Source of the DNA: an uncultured Pelagibacteraceae bacterium | GTDB lineage: Bacteria > Pseudomonadota > Alphaproteobacteria > Pelagibacterales > Pelagibacteraceae | Reading direction: 5' to 3' | DNA length: 64,000 nt | Assembly (NCBI GenBank): GCA_902568235.1 | Contig: CACFPS010000004.1 | Location: 29,217-93,216 of the forward strand | Part shown: one piece after another, positions 8,508 through 18,425 of the stretch | Numbering within the stretch: the first letter of the stretch is position 1 | Layout of the letters: each line of letters begins with the position of its first letter | Made by a program: the position numbers and the translations under genes | The notes under the pieces: generated by a model | The model's input: the letters and a program-made list of their open reading frames with translations, nothing else | What the model was told of the DNA's origin: nothing | Database searches by the model: none

Positions 8508-10201
8508 TAAGCTATCCATTCGCTTACTGGAGCTTTAGCTTCTTCTAAAGGTTGACTAATAATATCTATTAGACAAGGGCCTTTATTATATTTAATTGCT
8601 TTTGAGATAATTTTTTTTAGATCTTTAGGTTTTTTTACTGTCCAATTCTTTATTCCATAAGAAGAAGCTACTTTTGCATGGTCAGTCCTTGAAAAATCAA
8701 CTGAATAATATCTTTTGTTGAAGCTTGATTTTTGTCCTGCTTTAATCCATCCATATACGCTATTTGAAATTACAACAAAAATAATTGATAAGTTCAATCT
8801 TTTGGCTGTTTCTAGTTCACCAACTGCAAAACCAAAACTTCCATCTCCCATAACGGAAATAACTTTATTTTTTAGTTTTCCTATTTGAACTCCTATTGAA
8901 GCTGGTAAAGCATAACCTAATGCACCGTGGGCTCTATTAGTAATGAAATATCTTCCTGATTTTTTAAAATTATAATAAGCAGAAAAATAAGGACAAGGAG
9001 TTCCCGGATCAACAACAATATAAGCATTTTTTGGGGCTGCATCATTTATTTCTTTAACAATTCTCTCTGGTTTTATTAGCCCTTTTTCTTCTTTGCACAG
9101 TCTATTAAATTCTGCAAATTTTTTCTTTTTTGTTTTTTTAACTATTTCATCTCCATAAAAATTATTCTTTTTTACTTTTTTATTTAATTCAATTAGTGAA
9201 TTTTTAGCGTCAGCTATTAAAGAAATATATGTTTTGTAATTAGCTCCTAAAACTTTAGGATCTATATCAATATGTATAATTTTGCTTTTTGAACTTGGAT
9301 ATTGCCATTTTTCTGTTGTAACTGAACCCGCTCTGCAACCAATAAAAATAACTAAATCTGAATTTTTTAATACCTCGCGTGTAAATATTGATCCACCATT
9401 ACTTCCAACTACTCCTAAAGAGTTGGGATGATCATCTTCTAAAGTTCCTTTGCCTGTAACACTAGTCGCTAAAACTATATTTAATTTTTCAACTAGTTTT
9501 TTTAACTCTTTTTCTGCAAAAGAATTTTTTATTGCTCCACCGCATATAATTATTGGATTTTTTGCTTCAGAAATTGCTTTAGCTATTAAATCTATTTTTT
9601 TTTGATCGGGTTTAATTGGATCTGCTGGAAATTTAGAATATTTTTTATTTACCCAAATATCTTTTTCTGAAATTTCAGCTGTTTGGATATCAAAAGGAAA
9701 ACTAAGATGACAAGCGCCAGGTTTTCCAGATGTGCTTTCTTTAAAAGCTTTTCTTATATTTTCACATAATTTTTTTGGATTATTTAAAATTTCATTCCAT
9801 TTTGTCAATGGTTCAAACAAACCTTTTTGATTTAATTCAGTTAATGGGAAATGACCAACTGAAGTAGTTGGAACATCTGAAGTAATGGATATTACACTTA
9901 TAGATGACTCGTTTGCTTCTACAACCCCAGGAATTATATATGTTGCTCCACCACCACTAGGACCTTCACAAACACCAACTTTGCCGGTAACTCTAGCATA
10001 TCCATCCGCCATATAACTAGCGCTTCTCTCATCACGAGTTAAAATATGTTCTATCGAATGATTTAGTCTATACAAAGCATCATAGAAAGGAAGAGATGTG
10101 TCTCCACACAAACCAAAAATATATTTTACTTCATATTTGTCTAGTAATTTAACTGCTCCTTCTGCTCCAGATAAATAATTTGGTCTCGTATCTTTTGTCA
10201 T
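8507..10201 (-). CDS. thiamine-diphosphate-dependent enzyme (acetolactate-synthase-like family, substrate unknown)
   Basis: IFGLCGD, TRDERSASYMADGYAR, and the ThDP motif GDGSF...VISN. No ilvH partner nearby. Confidence 0.88.
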   Translation of the reverse strand: MTKDTRPNYLSGAEGAVKLLDKYEVKYIFGLCGDTSLPFYDALYRLNHSIEHILTRDERSASYMADGYARVTGKVGVCEGPSGGGATYIIPGVVEANESSISVISITSDVPTTSVGHFPLTELNQKGLFEPLTKWNEILNNPKKLCENIRKAFKESTSGKPGACHLSFPFDIQTAEISEKDIWVNKKYSKFPADPIKPDQKKIDLIAKAISEAKNPIIICGGAIKNSFAEKELKKLVEKLNIVLATSVTGKGTLEDDHPNSLGVVGSNGGSIFTREVLKNSDLVIFIGCRAGSVTTEKWQYPSSKSKIIHIDIDPKVLGANYKTYISLIADAKNSLIELNKKVKKNNFYGDEIVKKTKKKKFAEFNRLCKEEKGLIKPERIVKEINDAAPKNAYIVVDPGTPCPYFSAYYNFKKSGRYFITNRAHGALGYALPASIGVQIGKLKNKVISVMGDGSFGFAVGELETAKRLNLSIIFVVISNSVYGWIKAGQKSSFNKRYYSVDFSRTDHAKVASSYGIKNWTVKKPKDLKKIISKAIKYNKGPCLIDIISQPLEEAKAPVSEWIA

Positions 10202-10285
10202 CTTAATAATTATTAAATATATTTTTTTTATTGAAGTCAAATTTAATTACTTGTTTCGAATTTAAATTGAAAGTAGGATAGATTT

Positions 10286-11047
10286 ATGAAATTTGGGGAT
10301 AATCAGAGAAATATTGCTGTAGGCGGAAAAACAGTTTATGGAGGAACAGTTGGTGTTTGTATGTTAGATACCCAATTTCCAAGAGTTCCAGGAGATATAG
10401 CAAACGCTAGAACTTGGAGTGTTCCAGTACATTATAGAGTCGTACCAGGAGCAACACCTAAAGCTGCTGTTTTCGACGGAGGAAAAGAAATTTTACATGG
10501 ATTTATTGATGCAGCAAAACATTTAGTAAAAATGGGTGCTGATGGTATAACAACTAATTGTGGTTTTTTATCACTATTTCAAGAAAAAATGGCAGAAGCC
10601 GTTAATGTTCCAGTAGCGACATCATCCTTAATGCAAGTTCAAATGGTTCAAAGTTTATTACCAAAAAATAAAAAAGTTGGAATATTAACAATACACAAGC
10701 CATCTTTAAAAGAAGAACATCTTAAGGCAGCTAATGTACCGCTAAATACACCTATAATAGGAACAGAAAAGGGAAAAGAATTTTCAAGAGTAATTTTGAA
10801 TGATGAAAAAGAAATGGATATTGATTTAGCAAGACAAGATCATTTAGATGCTGTTGAAGAATTAATGAAAGAAAACTCAAATATAGGAGCTATAGTAATG
10901 GAATGTACAAACATGAGTCCTTTTGCTGCAGATGTAAGAAAAAAATTTGAAGTTCCTGTATTTAATATTTACACATTTATTGAATGGTTTCAGTCAGGTT
11001 TATTACCAACAAGATTTAATCCTGACCATGATGATCCTAGAAAATAA
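10286..11047 (+). CDS. aspartate/glutamate/hydantoin racemase family protein
   Basis: Two catalytic-type cysteines, TTNCGF and MECTNM; FPRVPGD motif. Confidence 0.85.
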   Translation: MKFGDNQRNIAVGGKTVYGGTVGVCMLDTQFPRVPGDIANARTWSVPVHYRVVPGATPKAAVFDGGKEILHGFIDAAKHLVKMGADGITTNCGFLSLFQEKMAEAVNVPVATSSLMQVQMVQSLLPKNKKVGILTIHKPSLKEEHLKAANVPLNTPIIGTEKGKEFSRVILNDEKEMDIDLARQDHLDAVEELMKENSNIGAIVMECTNMSPFAADVRKKFEVPVFNIYTFIEWFQSGLLPTRFNPDHDDPRK

Positions 11048-11049
11048 AA

Positions 11050-11793
11050 GTGTTAAACATTCTTAGCTATTTTTCATCTATAGAATTTTATTATTTTGCA
11101 TTTATTTTAATTATAATAGGAGCAATTACACAAAGTGCTATTGGAATAGGCTTTGGAGTGCCTGCATGTTTTTTGATATTATTTGAACCCACTATGGTTC
11201 CAAGTTGTATAGTGCTAATGGGTACTTTTTTGGCGTTTAGCAATGCTCTTCTAAGTTTAAAAGATGTAATAAAAATGGACTTGGCTTATTCATTTTCTGG
11301 AAGAGTTATTGGATCTTTAATTTCCATTCCTTTAATTTCATTAACAATTGGAACAAAAAGTTATTTAATAATTTTTGGTATATTACTTTTAATTACAGTT
11401 TTTTTAAGTGCAAAAAAATGGAGCTTAATTGCAAATAAAAAAAATATTACAATTGCAGGTGCTTGTTCAGGCTTTATGGGAACGCTAATAGGTATTGGAG
11501 GACCACCAATGGCAATCGTTTATCAAAATAGTTCAGCAAGAAATGTTGTTGCAACTCTAAATATGTTTTTTGGAATTGGTGCACTATTTTCCGTACTATT
11601 ATTAATTTATATTGATTTAATAAATTTCAGGGAAGTTATGAGATGCTTATTTTTGGCTCCAGCTCTTATAATTGGAGTAATGCTAGGCAGACAAAATATT
11701 GTAAAAAATTATGTAAATCAAAATCTTAAAAAATTGATATTAATTGTGTGTTTTGTTAGCGCTTTAATAGTTTTGGGACAAGCATTTATTTAA
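11050..11793 (+). CDS. TauE/SafE (TSUP) family membrane transporter
   Basis: About 8 TM segments; G.GFG and GIGGPP repeats; GTG start. Confidence 0.85.
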   Translation: MLNILSYFSSIEFYYFAFILIIIGAITQSAIGIGFGVPACFLILFEPTMVPSCIVLMGTFLAFSNALLSLKDVIKMDLAYSFSGRVIGSLISIPLISLTIGTKSYLIIFGILLLITVFLSAKKWSLIANKKNITIAGACSGFMGTLIGIGGPPMAIVYQNSSARNVVATLNMFFGIGALFSVLLLIYIDLINFREVMRCLFLAPALIIGVMLGRQNIVKNYVNQNLKKLILIVCFVSALIVLGQAFI

Positions 11794-11795
11794 AT

Positions 11796-13283
11796 TCAGT
11801 AACAATTCCTTCTTTTATCGGCACCTCTCGACAGAGTTCTGTTTGAATTTATTTTTATTGCTGTAACACCTCCAAATATTCTATTTTTCTTTTTAAATAA
11901 TTTTATTGAAATGTTTTTTTTATCAACATAAAATTTTTTGTTAAAGCCTCTTTCGGCTAAAATCTTATTTCCGTTATTATGTCTTATTCTAGGTAGATCT
12001 ATTGCTTTTTGTAAAGAAATTTTATTTTTATAAACATAATTTATAATTTGAAAAATAGTTTGGGGTTGACCGTGATCGCCAGGTGTAGCGATGGTTAAAT
12101 CTATGTTTTCATTATCTAAAATGATTGAAGGACATAATGTATGAAAAGGTCTTTTATTGGGTTTTAAGTAATTATAATATTTTCCAGAAATTTTTTCTAA
12201 ATAAAGTCTATTATGCAAAACAATTCCAGTTCTAGGTGAAACGATTCCGCTACCAAATTCTTCAAATAAACTTTGTACCCAACTTACAGCATTGCCATAT
12301 TTGTCAACCACTACCAATGTACTTGTGTCCCCGGATATTTTTTCAAAGTAATTTTTTTTACTATTGATGATTTTATTATTAATTTTTGAAATAGATGGAT
12401 CTACACAATGCATATCTCTGTACTTAAAAGCAGTTTTTTTGATATTTAAATAGTCTGAAAGATTTATTTTAAAATTACCATTTTTTATAACTTTAAATAA
12501 ATTGCACAAACATATTAAAGCTAAACCTTGAGAATTTGGGGGAGCCGTATAAATTTTTTTATTAAGATAATTTGTTGCGATAGGCTTTTGAATCAATGTA
12601 ATATGATTTTTGAAATCATCAGAAGTTATTACTGATCCTTGTTTTCTAATATCTTCAACTATTATTTTCGATAGTTTTCCATTGTAAAAAGATTTAGAGC
12701 CTTCTTTTGAAAGGATTGTTAAGGTTTTAGCCAAATTTTTTTGTTTGATTATTGAACCAATTTTAACATTTCTACCATCTCCAAAAATATCTGATAAGTT
12801 TTTATTATTTTTAATTAAATTTTTATAAACTTTGCTTTCTAAAAAATTTTTTAAATATTTATCTACAACAACACCTTTTTCAGCTAAGTTGATTGCGCTT
12901 TCAAATATTTTTTTTAAATTCTTTCTTCCATACTTTTTTAAAGCAGTTTCCCATGCATGAACTACTCCTGGAACTGATATTGACAATGGTCCTCTCCTTG
13001 GAATTTTTTTCAATCCTTTTGAAGTAAAAAATTTTTTTGTTGCCTTTGAAGGAGATTTTCCAGATCCATTTATTACTGTAATTTTCTTTTTTTTAGAGTC
13101 ATACCAAAGTGCAATGCTGTCTCCTCCTAATCCGTTCATATTTGGTATTGCGACAGAAAGAGTTGCTGCAGCTGCTATAGCGGCATCTATAGCATTTCCA
13201 CCTTTTTTTAATATTTTTATTCCTGCCTTAGTTGCCTGCTTATGTCCGCTAACTACCATTCCGTAATTAGTTTTTAATTTCAT
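11796..13283 (-). CDS. gamma-glutamyltransferase-family Ntn hydrolase, cytoplasmic
   Basis: GGNAIDAA, GLGGD, VPGVV, PPNSQG, nucleophile segment GDTSTLVVVD.YGNAVS, KRPFHTL. No signal peptide. Confidence 0.88.
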   Translation of the reverse strand: MKLKTNYGMVVSGHKQATKAGIKILKKGGNAIDAAIAAAATLSVAIPNMNGLGGDSIALWYDSKKKKITVINGSGKSPSKATKKFFTSKGLKKIPRRGPLSISVPGVVHAWETALKKYGRKNLKKIFESAINLAEKGVVVDKYLKNFLESKVYKNLIKNNKNLSDIFGDGRNVKIGSIIKQKNLAKTLTILSKEGSKSFYNGKLSKIIVEDIRKQGSVITSDDFKNHITLIQKPIATNYLNKKIYTAPPNSQGLALICLCNLFKVIKNGNFKINLSDYLNIKKTAFKYRDMHCVDPSISKINNKIINSKKNYFEKISGDTSTLVVVDKYGNAVSWVQSLFEEFGSGIVSPRTGIVLHNRLYLEKISGKYYNYLKPNKRPFHTLCPSIILDNENIDLTIATPGDHGQPQTIFQIINYVYKNKISLQKAIDLPRIRHNNGNKILAERGFNKKFYVDKKNISIKLFKKKNRIFGGVTAIKINSNRTLSRGADKRRNCY

Positions 13284-14494
13284 TTAAAATCTTCTAAATC
13301 AAATAACTTTTGTTCATAATTAGTAAGTCTTTCAGCTCCATTTTTCCTTACAACAAAAGTTTCACTAATTACAATTCCATATTTTTTTAACCACAGTGCC
13401 GGTATACAATGAAAAGTCATATTCTCTTTTAATATATTTTTATCCCCATTTCTAAAGCTTGTTGTTAATTCTCCCCAAGTTGGGGGATATCCAATTCCTA
13501 CAGGATAACCTATTCTAGAATCCTTTTCTAAACCATATTTACTAATAACTTTCTTCCAAGTTTTCTCGAGTTCATGTCCAGTAATGCCAGGCATAACGCT
13601 ATCTAAAATTGCATTTAAACCTTCGCATATGATATTTGCAATTTTTTTAATTTTTTTTGGAGCTCTGCCCATATAAATGCATCTTGCTAAAGGAACGTGA
13701 TATCTATGTTTGGCTCCACCTAATTCTATATAAAAAATTTCATTTTTTTTTAATTTTTTATCTGTCCAACTTAGATGAGGTGCGCTACAATACTTTCCCA
13801 CCATAGCATTTGGTGGCTTGCAAGTAAAAGTACCACCTATCTTTTTAGTTCCTCCTGTGGTTATTTTATACAATTCGGCTATTACATCAGACTGCCTCAC
13901 ACCTATGTCAGCTTTTTCCATAGACTTTTTCATTGCTAAATTTGCAATTTTTCCTGCTTCCTTCATATAAATGATTTCTTGATTAGATTTAATCATTCTA
14001 ATCCAATTTACTAACAAAAAAGCATCAAAAAACTTTGCTTCAGGAAGGTTCTCAGTCAAAATATTATGCCACCTTGCTGTGTAGTAATAATCATCCATTT
14101 CCACTCCAATATTTTTTTTATGCCATTTCATATTACTAATAAAATTTGCTAAAAAATGCATAGGATGCTTATCTTGTGAGGCAACAAAAGTATCTGGATA
14201 AGGAATTATATGATCCTTGTCTATAAATGCAGTAAACTTTGCGCCAACAGAATCCATTTGTCTACCAATCCAGTAGGGTTGCTTTTCTTGCAATTCGACT
14301 ACCACCATTTGTGGTGTATAAAATGACCATCCATCATATCCTGTAAGATAAAATTGATTTGATGGACTAGAAATTAATAATAACTCTAAATTTTTCTCTA
14401 TCATTTTCCTTTTTACTCTATTAACTCTATCTAAGTATTCTTTTTTGGAAAATAATATTTGGTTACCAAATTGATTTTTAAATTTTTTTATCAT
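13280..14494 (-). CDS. M24 (pita-bread) hydrolase, ectoine hydrolase EutD/DoeA-like
   Basis: YLTGYDGWSFY, IGVEMDDYY, LVNWIRMIKS, APHLSW, HRYHVPLAR, SRIGYPVGIGYPP.WGE, ENMTFH. Confidence 0.85.
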   Translation of the reverse strand: MIKKFKNQFGNQILFSKKEYLDRVNRVKRKMIEKNLELLLISSPSNQFYLTGYDGWSFYTPQMVVVELQEKQPYWIGRQMDSVGAKFTAFIDKDHIIPYPDTFVASQDKHPMHFLANFISNMKWHKKNIGVEMDDYYYTARWHNILTENLPEAKFFDAFLLVNWIRMIKSNQEIIYMKEAGKIANLAMKKSMEKADIGVRQSDVIAELYKITTGGTKKIGGTFTCKPPNAMVGKYCSAPHLSWTDKKLKKNEIFYIELGGAKHRYHVPLARCIYMGRAPKKIKKIANIICEGLNAILDSVMPGITGHELEKTWKKVISKYGLEKDSRIGYPVGIGYPPTWGELTTSFRNGDKNILKENMTFHCIPALWLKKYGIVISETFVVRKNGAERLTNYEQKLFDLEDFK

Positions 14495-14565
14495 TTCAAA
14501 TAAATTTAATTCTGAAGTAATAAATTTACTTTAATATTTTAAAATTTAATATATAAAACCAATAA

Positions 14566-15177
14566 GTGTTAGAAGAGTCCATAATTTTAATCCAAATTAT
14601 ATTAATTGACGTAATAATGGCCGCAGATAACGCTATTATTATTGGAATGATAGCTGCTAATTTTGCTCCTAAACATAGAAATCAAATTATATTTTGGGGT
14701 GTTGCTGGAGCTTTATTTTTTAGAATTATATTTGCTTTTTTTGCTTCCTATCTTTTTGGATTTGCTTATGTAAAGATTTTAGGTGGATTGCTACTAGTTT
14801 GGATAGTTAATGATTTGAGAAGAGATTTATTTGACTCAAAAAAAATTAAATCTCCTACTAAAATATCCAAAGAACCTTCTTATATACAAAGTGTTTACAA
14901 AGTTCTATTTGCTGATTTAACTTTAAGTTTTGATAATGTTATTGGTGTAGTTGGTGCTGCAAAAAATAATATAAACTTGATGTTATTCGGACTTTTTCTT
15001 TCCGTAGTTTTGGTTGTTACTTTAGCTAGATTTTTTGCTGAAAAGATTAAAAAACATCAATGGTTTGGGTATTTAGGATTAATTGTGATTTTAATAGTGG
15101 CTATTCAGTTAATAATTGGGGGTTTAGTTGATCTTGAAATTATTTCAATAAATACAAATTTCAAAAAATTCTTTTAG
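14566..15177 (+). CDS. TerC/YjbE family membrane protein
   Basis: IDVIMAADNA, GGLLL.W, ADLTLSFDNVIGV. Confidence 0.88.
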   Translation: MLEESIILIQIILIDVIMAADNAIIIGMIAANFAPKHRNQIIFWGVAGALFFRIIFAFFASYLFGFAYVKILGGLLLVWIVNDLRRDLFDSKKIKSPTKISKEPSYIQSVYKVLFADLTLSFDNVIGVVGAAKNNINLMLFGLFLSVVLVVTLARFFAEKIKKHQWFGYLGLIVILIVAIQLIIGGLVDLEIISINTNFKKFF

Positions 15178-15950
15178 TACCAATATTTTTTACTAGGGTA
15201 TTTTTTGGTCAACACTTCTTTTTTGAATTGTTTAACTCCTTTTCTAATATGAGATTTAATATCTATGTATTTTTTTACAAATCTTATTTTTGATTGAGTT
15301 AAGCCTAAAATATCATCTGTGACTAATATTTGGCCATCACAATAATATGAAGATCCGATACCAATAGTTGGTATTTTAATGATGTTTGTTATTTCTCTAG
15401 ATAGTTTGCTTTCCACACATTCAAGAACAATAGCAAAAGCTCCTACATTTTCTAAAATTCTTGCATCTCTAAAAATTTCATTTTTTTCTTTTTTAGATTT
15501 TCCTTTAACTCTAAATTTGCCTCTTACTGTTTGAGGCATAATTCCAATATGTCCTAAAACAGGAATTCTATTTTTTACCAAATGTTGAATTATTTTTTTA
15601 AGTTTAATTCCTCCTTCGAGCTTTACTCCATCACATTTGGTTTCTTTCATGACTTTCTTACAATTTCTTAATGCTTCAGATTTATTTCGATAAGTTTTAT
15701 AGGGCATATCAACAATCATTAAACTTTTTCTAATTCCCAATCGAACACTTCTTGCATGCTCAATCATCATCTGTAATGTAACTTTTCTAGTTGTTTTATA
15801 GTTATACAAAACTGATCCTAAAGAGTCGCCAACTAGAATCATATCTGTATATTTATCGATTTCTTCAGCAATATTTTTTGAATATGCTGTAAGACAAATA
15901 ATTTTAGATTTATTTTTTTTTAAAGTGAATTTGCTTATTTTTGAAAGCAT
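15174..15950 (-). CDS. panB: 3-methyl-2-oxobutanoate hydroxymethyltransferase
   Basis: LTAY, LVGDSLG, DMPY, VKLEGG, GHIGIMPQ, PTIGIG, DGQILV. Confidence 0.97.
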   Translation of the reverse strand: MLSKISKFTLKKNKSKIICLTAYSKNIAEEIDKYTDMILVGDSLGSVLYNYKTTRKVTLQMMIEHARSVRLGIRKSLMIVDMPYKTYRNKSEALRNCKKVMKETKCDGVKLEGGIKLKKIIQHLVKNRIPVLGHIGIMPQTVRGKFRVKGKSKKEKNEIFRDARILENVGAFAIVLECVESKLSREITNIIKIPTIGIGSSYYCDGQILVTDDILGLTQSKIRFVKKYIDIKSHIRKGVKQFKKEVLTKKYPSKKYWY

Positions 15951-15960
15951 TAATTTATTT

Positions 15961-16380
15961 TTACCAAGTACCTGAATTTTCCATTGATACCCAGGGTTCT
16001 TTGGGTTCTAAATTTCCTTCTTGAAGAATTTCAACAGAAATTTTATCTGGTGAACGAACAAAAGCCATATGACCATCTCTAGGTGGTCTATTAATTATAT
16101 AACCCATATCTTTTAATCTTTGACAAGTTTCATAAATATTTTCAACTCTATAAGCTAAATGGCCAAAATTTCTTGAACCTTCACCTAAATTATCTCCATC
16201 CCAGTTATAAGTTAATTCTATCTCAGCATTTTCATCATTTGGTGCGGCTAAAAAAATTAAAGTGTATCTTCCTTTTTCATTTTCCATTCTTCTTGTTTCT
16301 TTAAGTCCCAATCCTTGACAAAAGAATCTTAAAGATTCTTCAATATTTGTAATCCTAATCATTGTATGCAGATATTTCAT
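15961..16380 (-). CDS. gloA: lactoylglutathione lyase (glyoxalase I)
   Basis: YLHTMIR, IELTYNW, FGHLA, MAFVRSPD. Confidence 0.92.
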   Translation of the reverse strand: MKYLHTMIRITNIEESLRFFCQGLGLKETRRMENEKGRYTLIFLAAPNDENAEIELTYNWDGDNLGEGSRNFGHLAYRVENIYETCQRLKDMGYIINRPPRDGHMAFVRSPDKISVEILQEGNLEPKEPWVSMENSGTW

Positions 16381-16406
16381 AATTAAGCTTATTTTATAAT
16401 TACTTA

Positions 16407-17966
16407 TTACTCTAATTCAATAGTACTTGGAGGTTTAGATGTAATATCGTAAACTACTCTATTTATTCCTCTTATATTATTGACTATTTGGTTGGATATT
16501 GACTGCATAAATGATTTTTTGAATTCGAAAAAATCTGCCGTCATTCCATCTTCAGAAGTAATTGCTCTTAATAAACACAAGTATTCATACGTACGATTAT
16601 CACCCATAACGCCTACTGTTTTAACTGGCAATAGTGCAGCATACGCTTGCCATATTTTATCATACAAATTATTTTCCTTTAATGATTTTATAAAATAGTA
16701 GTCAGCTTCCTTTAATATTTTAATTTTATCTTTTGTTATTATGCCAGGCATTCTTATCGCTAAACCTGGGCCTGGAAAAGGATGTCTAGAAATAATTTCT
16801 TTACTTAAATTTAATTCTAAACCTAGTTTTCTCACCTCATCTTTAAAAAGATATTTTAAAGGTTCAACTAATTTTAAATTCATTTTTTTTGGTAAACCTC
16901 CGACATTATGATGAGATTTAATTTTCGAAGTTTGGCTTCCAGTAACCGATTTACTCTCTATAAGATCGGGGTAAAGAGTTCCTTGTGCTAGAAATTTAAC
17001 ATTTTTAATTTTTTTTGCACATTTTTCAAAAATTTTTATAAATAAATTTCCTATAATTTTTCTTTTTTTTTCTGGATCTATAACATTTTTTAATTTCTTC
17101 AAAAATTCTTTTTCAGCATTTATATAAATCAAATTTAATTTAAATTTTTTTTTAAAAGTTTCTATAACTTGATATTCTTCATTTTTTCTTAGCAAACCAG
17201 TATTTACAAAAATACATGTTAATTTTTTACCAATTGCGTAAGATAATAATTTAGCAACAACACTGCTGTCTACACCTCCTGATAAAGCACATATTACTTT
17301 TGAATTTCCTACTTGATTTCTAACTTCTTTAATAAGTTTTATTTTTTGATTTTTTGATGACCAATTTTTTCTTAGTTTGCATATATCAAATACAAAATTT
17401 TTTAAAATTATTTTTCCATTATTAGTATGAGTTACTTCTGGATGAAATTGAATTCCATATAAATTCTTCTTTTTATTTTCCACTATACATAATTTTGAGT
17501 TAGAGCTTTTAGCGACAACCTTAAAATTTTTTGGTAACTTTGTTACTTCGTCTGAATGGCTCATCCATACATCGCATTGCCCTTTTTTAAAAAAATTATT
17601 AGTTAAAATGCTATTTTTTACTTTTTTAACTTTTGCCAATCCAAATTCTCTAAACTTGGATTGTTTAACTTTTCCACCCATTTCTTTAGAAATTATTTGA
17701 TGTCCAAAGCAAATTCCAAGAACAGGAATTTTTGCATTAAGCAATTCTTTATTAAATTTAACTTTTTTATTTTGGTAAACATTAAGTGGACCTCCTGACA
17801 ATACTAGTCCCTTAACATTTTTATCTAATTTTTTTTTATTTATCTTGTTATTACTAATAATTTCACAATAAACACCCACTTCTCTTATTTTTCTTGCAAT
17901 AAGCTGCGTGAATTGAGATCCAAAATCAATAATTAGAATTTTGTTTAGGCTATTCTCAAGATGCAT
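16407..17966 (-). CDS. guaA: GMP synthase (glutamine-hydrolysing)
   Basis: [45 protein letters not shown]. Confidence 0.98.
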   Translation of the reverse strand: MHLENSLNKILIIDFGSQFTQLIARKIREVGVYCEIISNNKINKKKLDKNVKGLVLSGGPLNVYQNKKVKFNKELLNAKIPVLGICFGHQIISKEMGGKVKQSKFREFGLAKVKKVKNSILTNNFFKKGQCDVWMSHSDEVTKLPKNFKVVAKSSNSKLCIVENKKKNLYGIQFHPEVTHTNNGKIILKNFVFDICKLRKNWSSKNQKIKLIKEVRNQVGNSKVICALSGGVDSSVVAKLLSYAIGKKLTCIFVNTGLLRKNEEYQVIETFKKKFKLNLIYINAEKEFLKKLKNVIDPEKKRKIIGNLFIKIFEKCAKKIKNVKFLAQGTLYPDLIESKSVTGSQTSKIKSHHNVGGLPKKMNLKLVEPLKYLFKDEVRKLGLELNLSKEIISRHPFPGPGLAIRMPGIITKDKIKILKEADYYFIKSLKENNLYDKIWQAYAALLPVKTVGVMGDNRTYEYLCLLRAITSEDGMTADFFEFKKSFMQSISNQIVNNIRGINRVVYDITSKPPSTIELE

Positions 17967-18384
17967 CTTTTTTTTCAAATTCTTTAAGACGTCTATCTAT
18001 CGATGATATTTTATCACATAACGATGTACATATTTTTTTAAAATCATCATTTAATTCTTCTGCTTTTGAAAAATTTGATCTATCTATCTCTATTTCTATC
18101 AATAAATACATGGCTTCTTCATTTCTAGGATCTAATAGCAATGTTGTATTTATATTTTTTTCTTCTTCTGAATTATCTTCCTCTTTTTTATAAATTTTAG
18201 CTAAATATAGATAAGATTTTGCGTGCTTTGGATTGTATACAATATTTCGTTGAAATAAAAATTTTGACTCTTCAAATTTTTCTTCATCATACAATTTTTT
18301 TGCTTCATCAAAAAAACTTTTTTCTTTTGCAAATGTCGAAAAACAAAATGCAAAAAAAACTAAAAAAATCAAAATTAATTTCAT
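17956..18384 (-). CDS. exported tetratricopeptide-repeat protein
   Basis: Signal peptide; TPR-like helices ([19 protein letters not shown]); C-terminal CxxxC. Confidence 0.75.
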   Translation of the reverse strand: MKLILIFLVFFAFCFSTFAKEKSFFDEAKKLYDEEKFEESKFLFQRNIVYNPKHAKSYLYLAKIYKKEEDNSEEEKNINTTLLLDPRNEEAMYLLIEIEIDRSNFSKAEELNDDFKKICTSLCDKISSIDRRLKEFEKKDAS

Positions 18385-18425
18385 AATTATTTTCTACATT
18401 GTTTCTATATAAAATTAAAGAACTA

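Noticed and set aside
10203-10216. Palindrome TTAATAATTATTAA in the ThDP/racemase spacer
   Set aside because: Low-complexity AT sequence with no second copy noticed.
8507-11793. ThDP enzyme plus TauE as a sulfoacetaldehyde acetyltransferase (Xsc) sulfonate pathway
   Set aside because: The N-terminus (IFGLCGDTSLP) does not match the Xsc pattern as I recall it (FGIIGSA), and there are no pta or taurine genes nearby. TauE-family proteins are not sulfite-specific.
1968-14565. Accessory cluster as a mobile element or prophage
   Set aside because: No integrase, transposase, tRNA, terminal repeats or phage genes at either edge.
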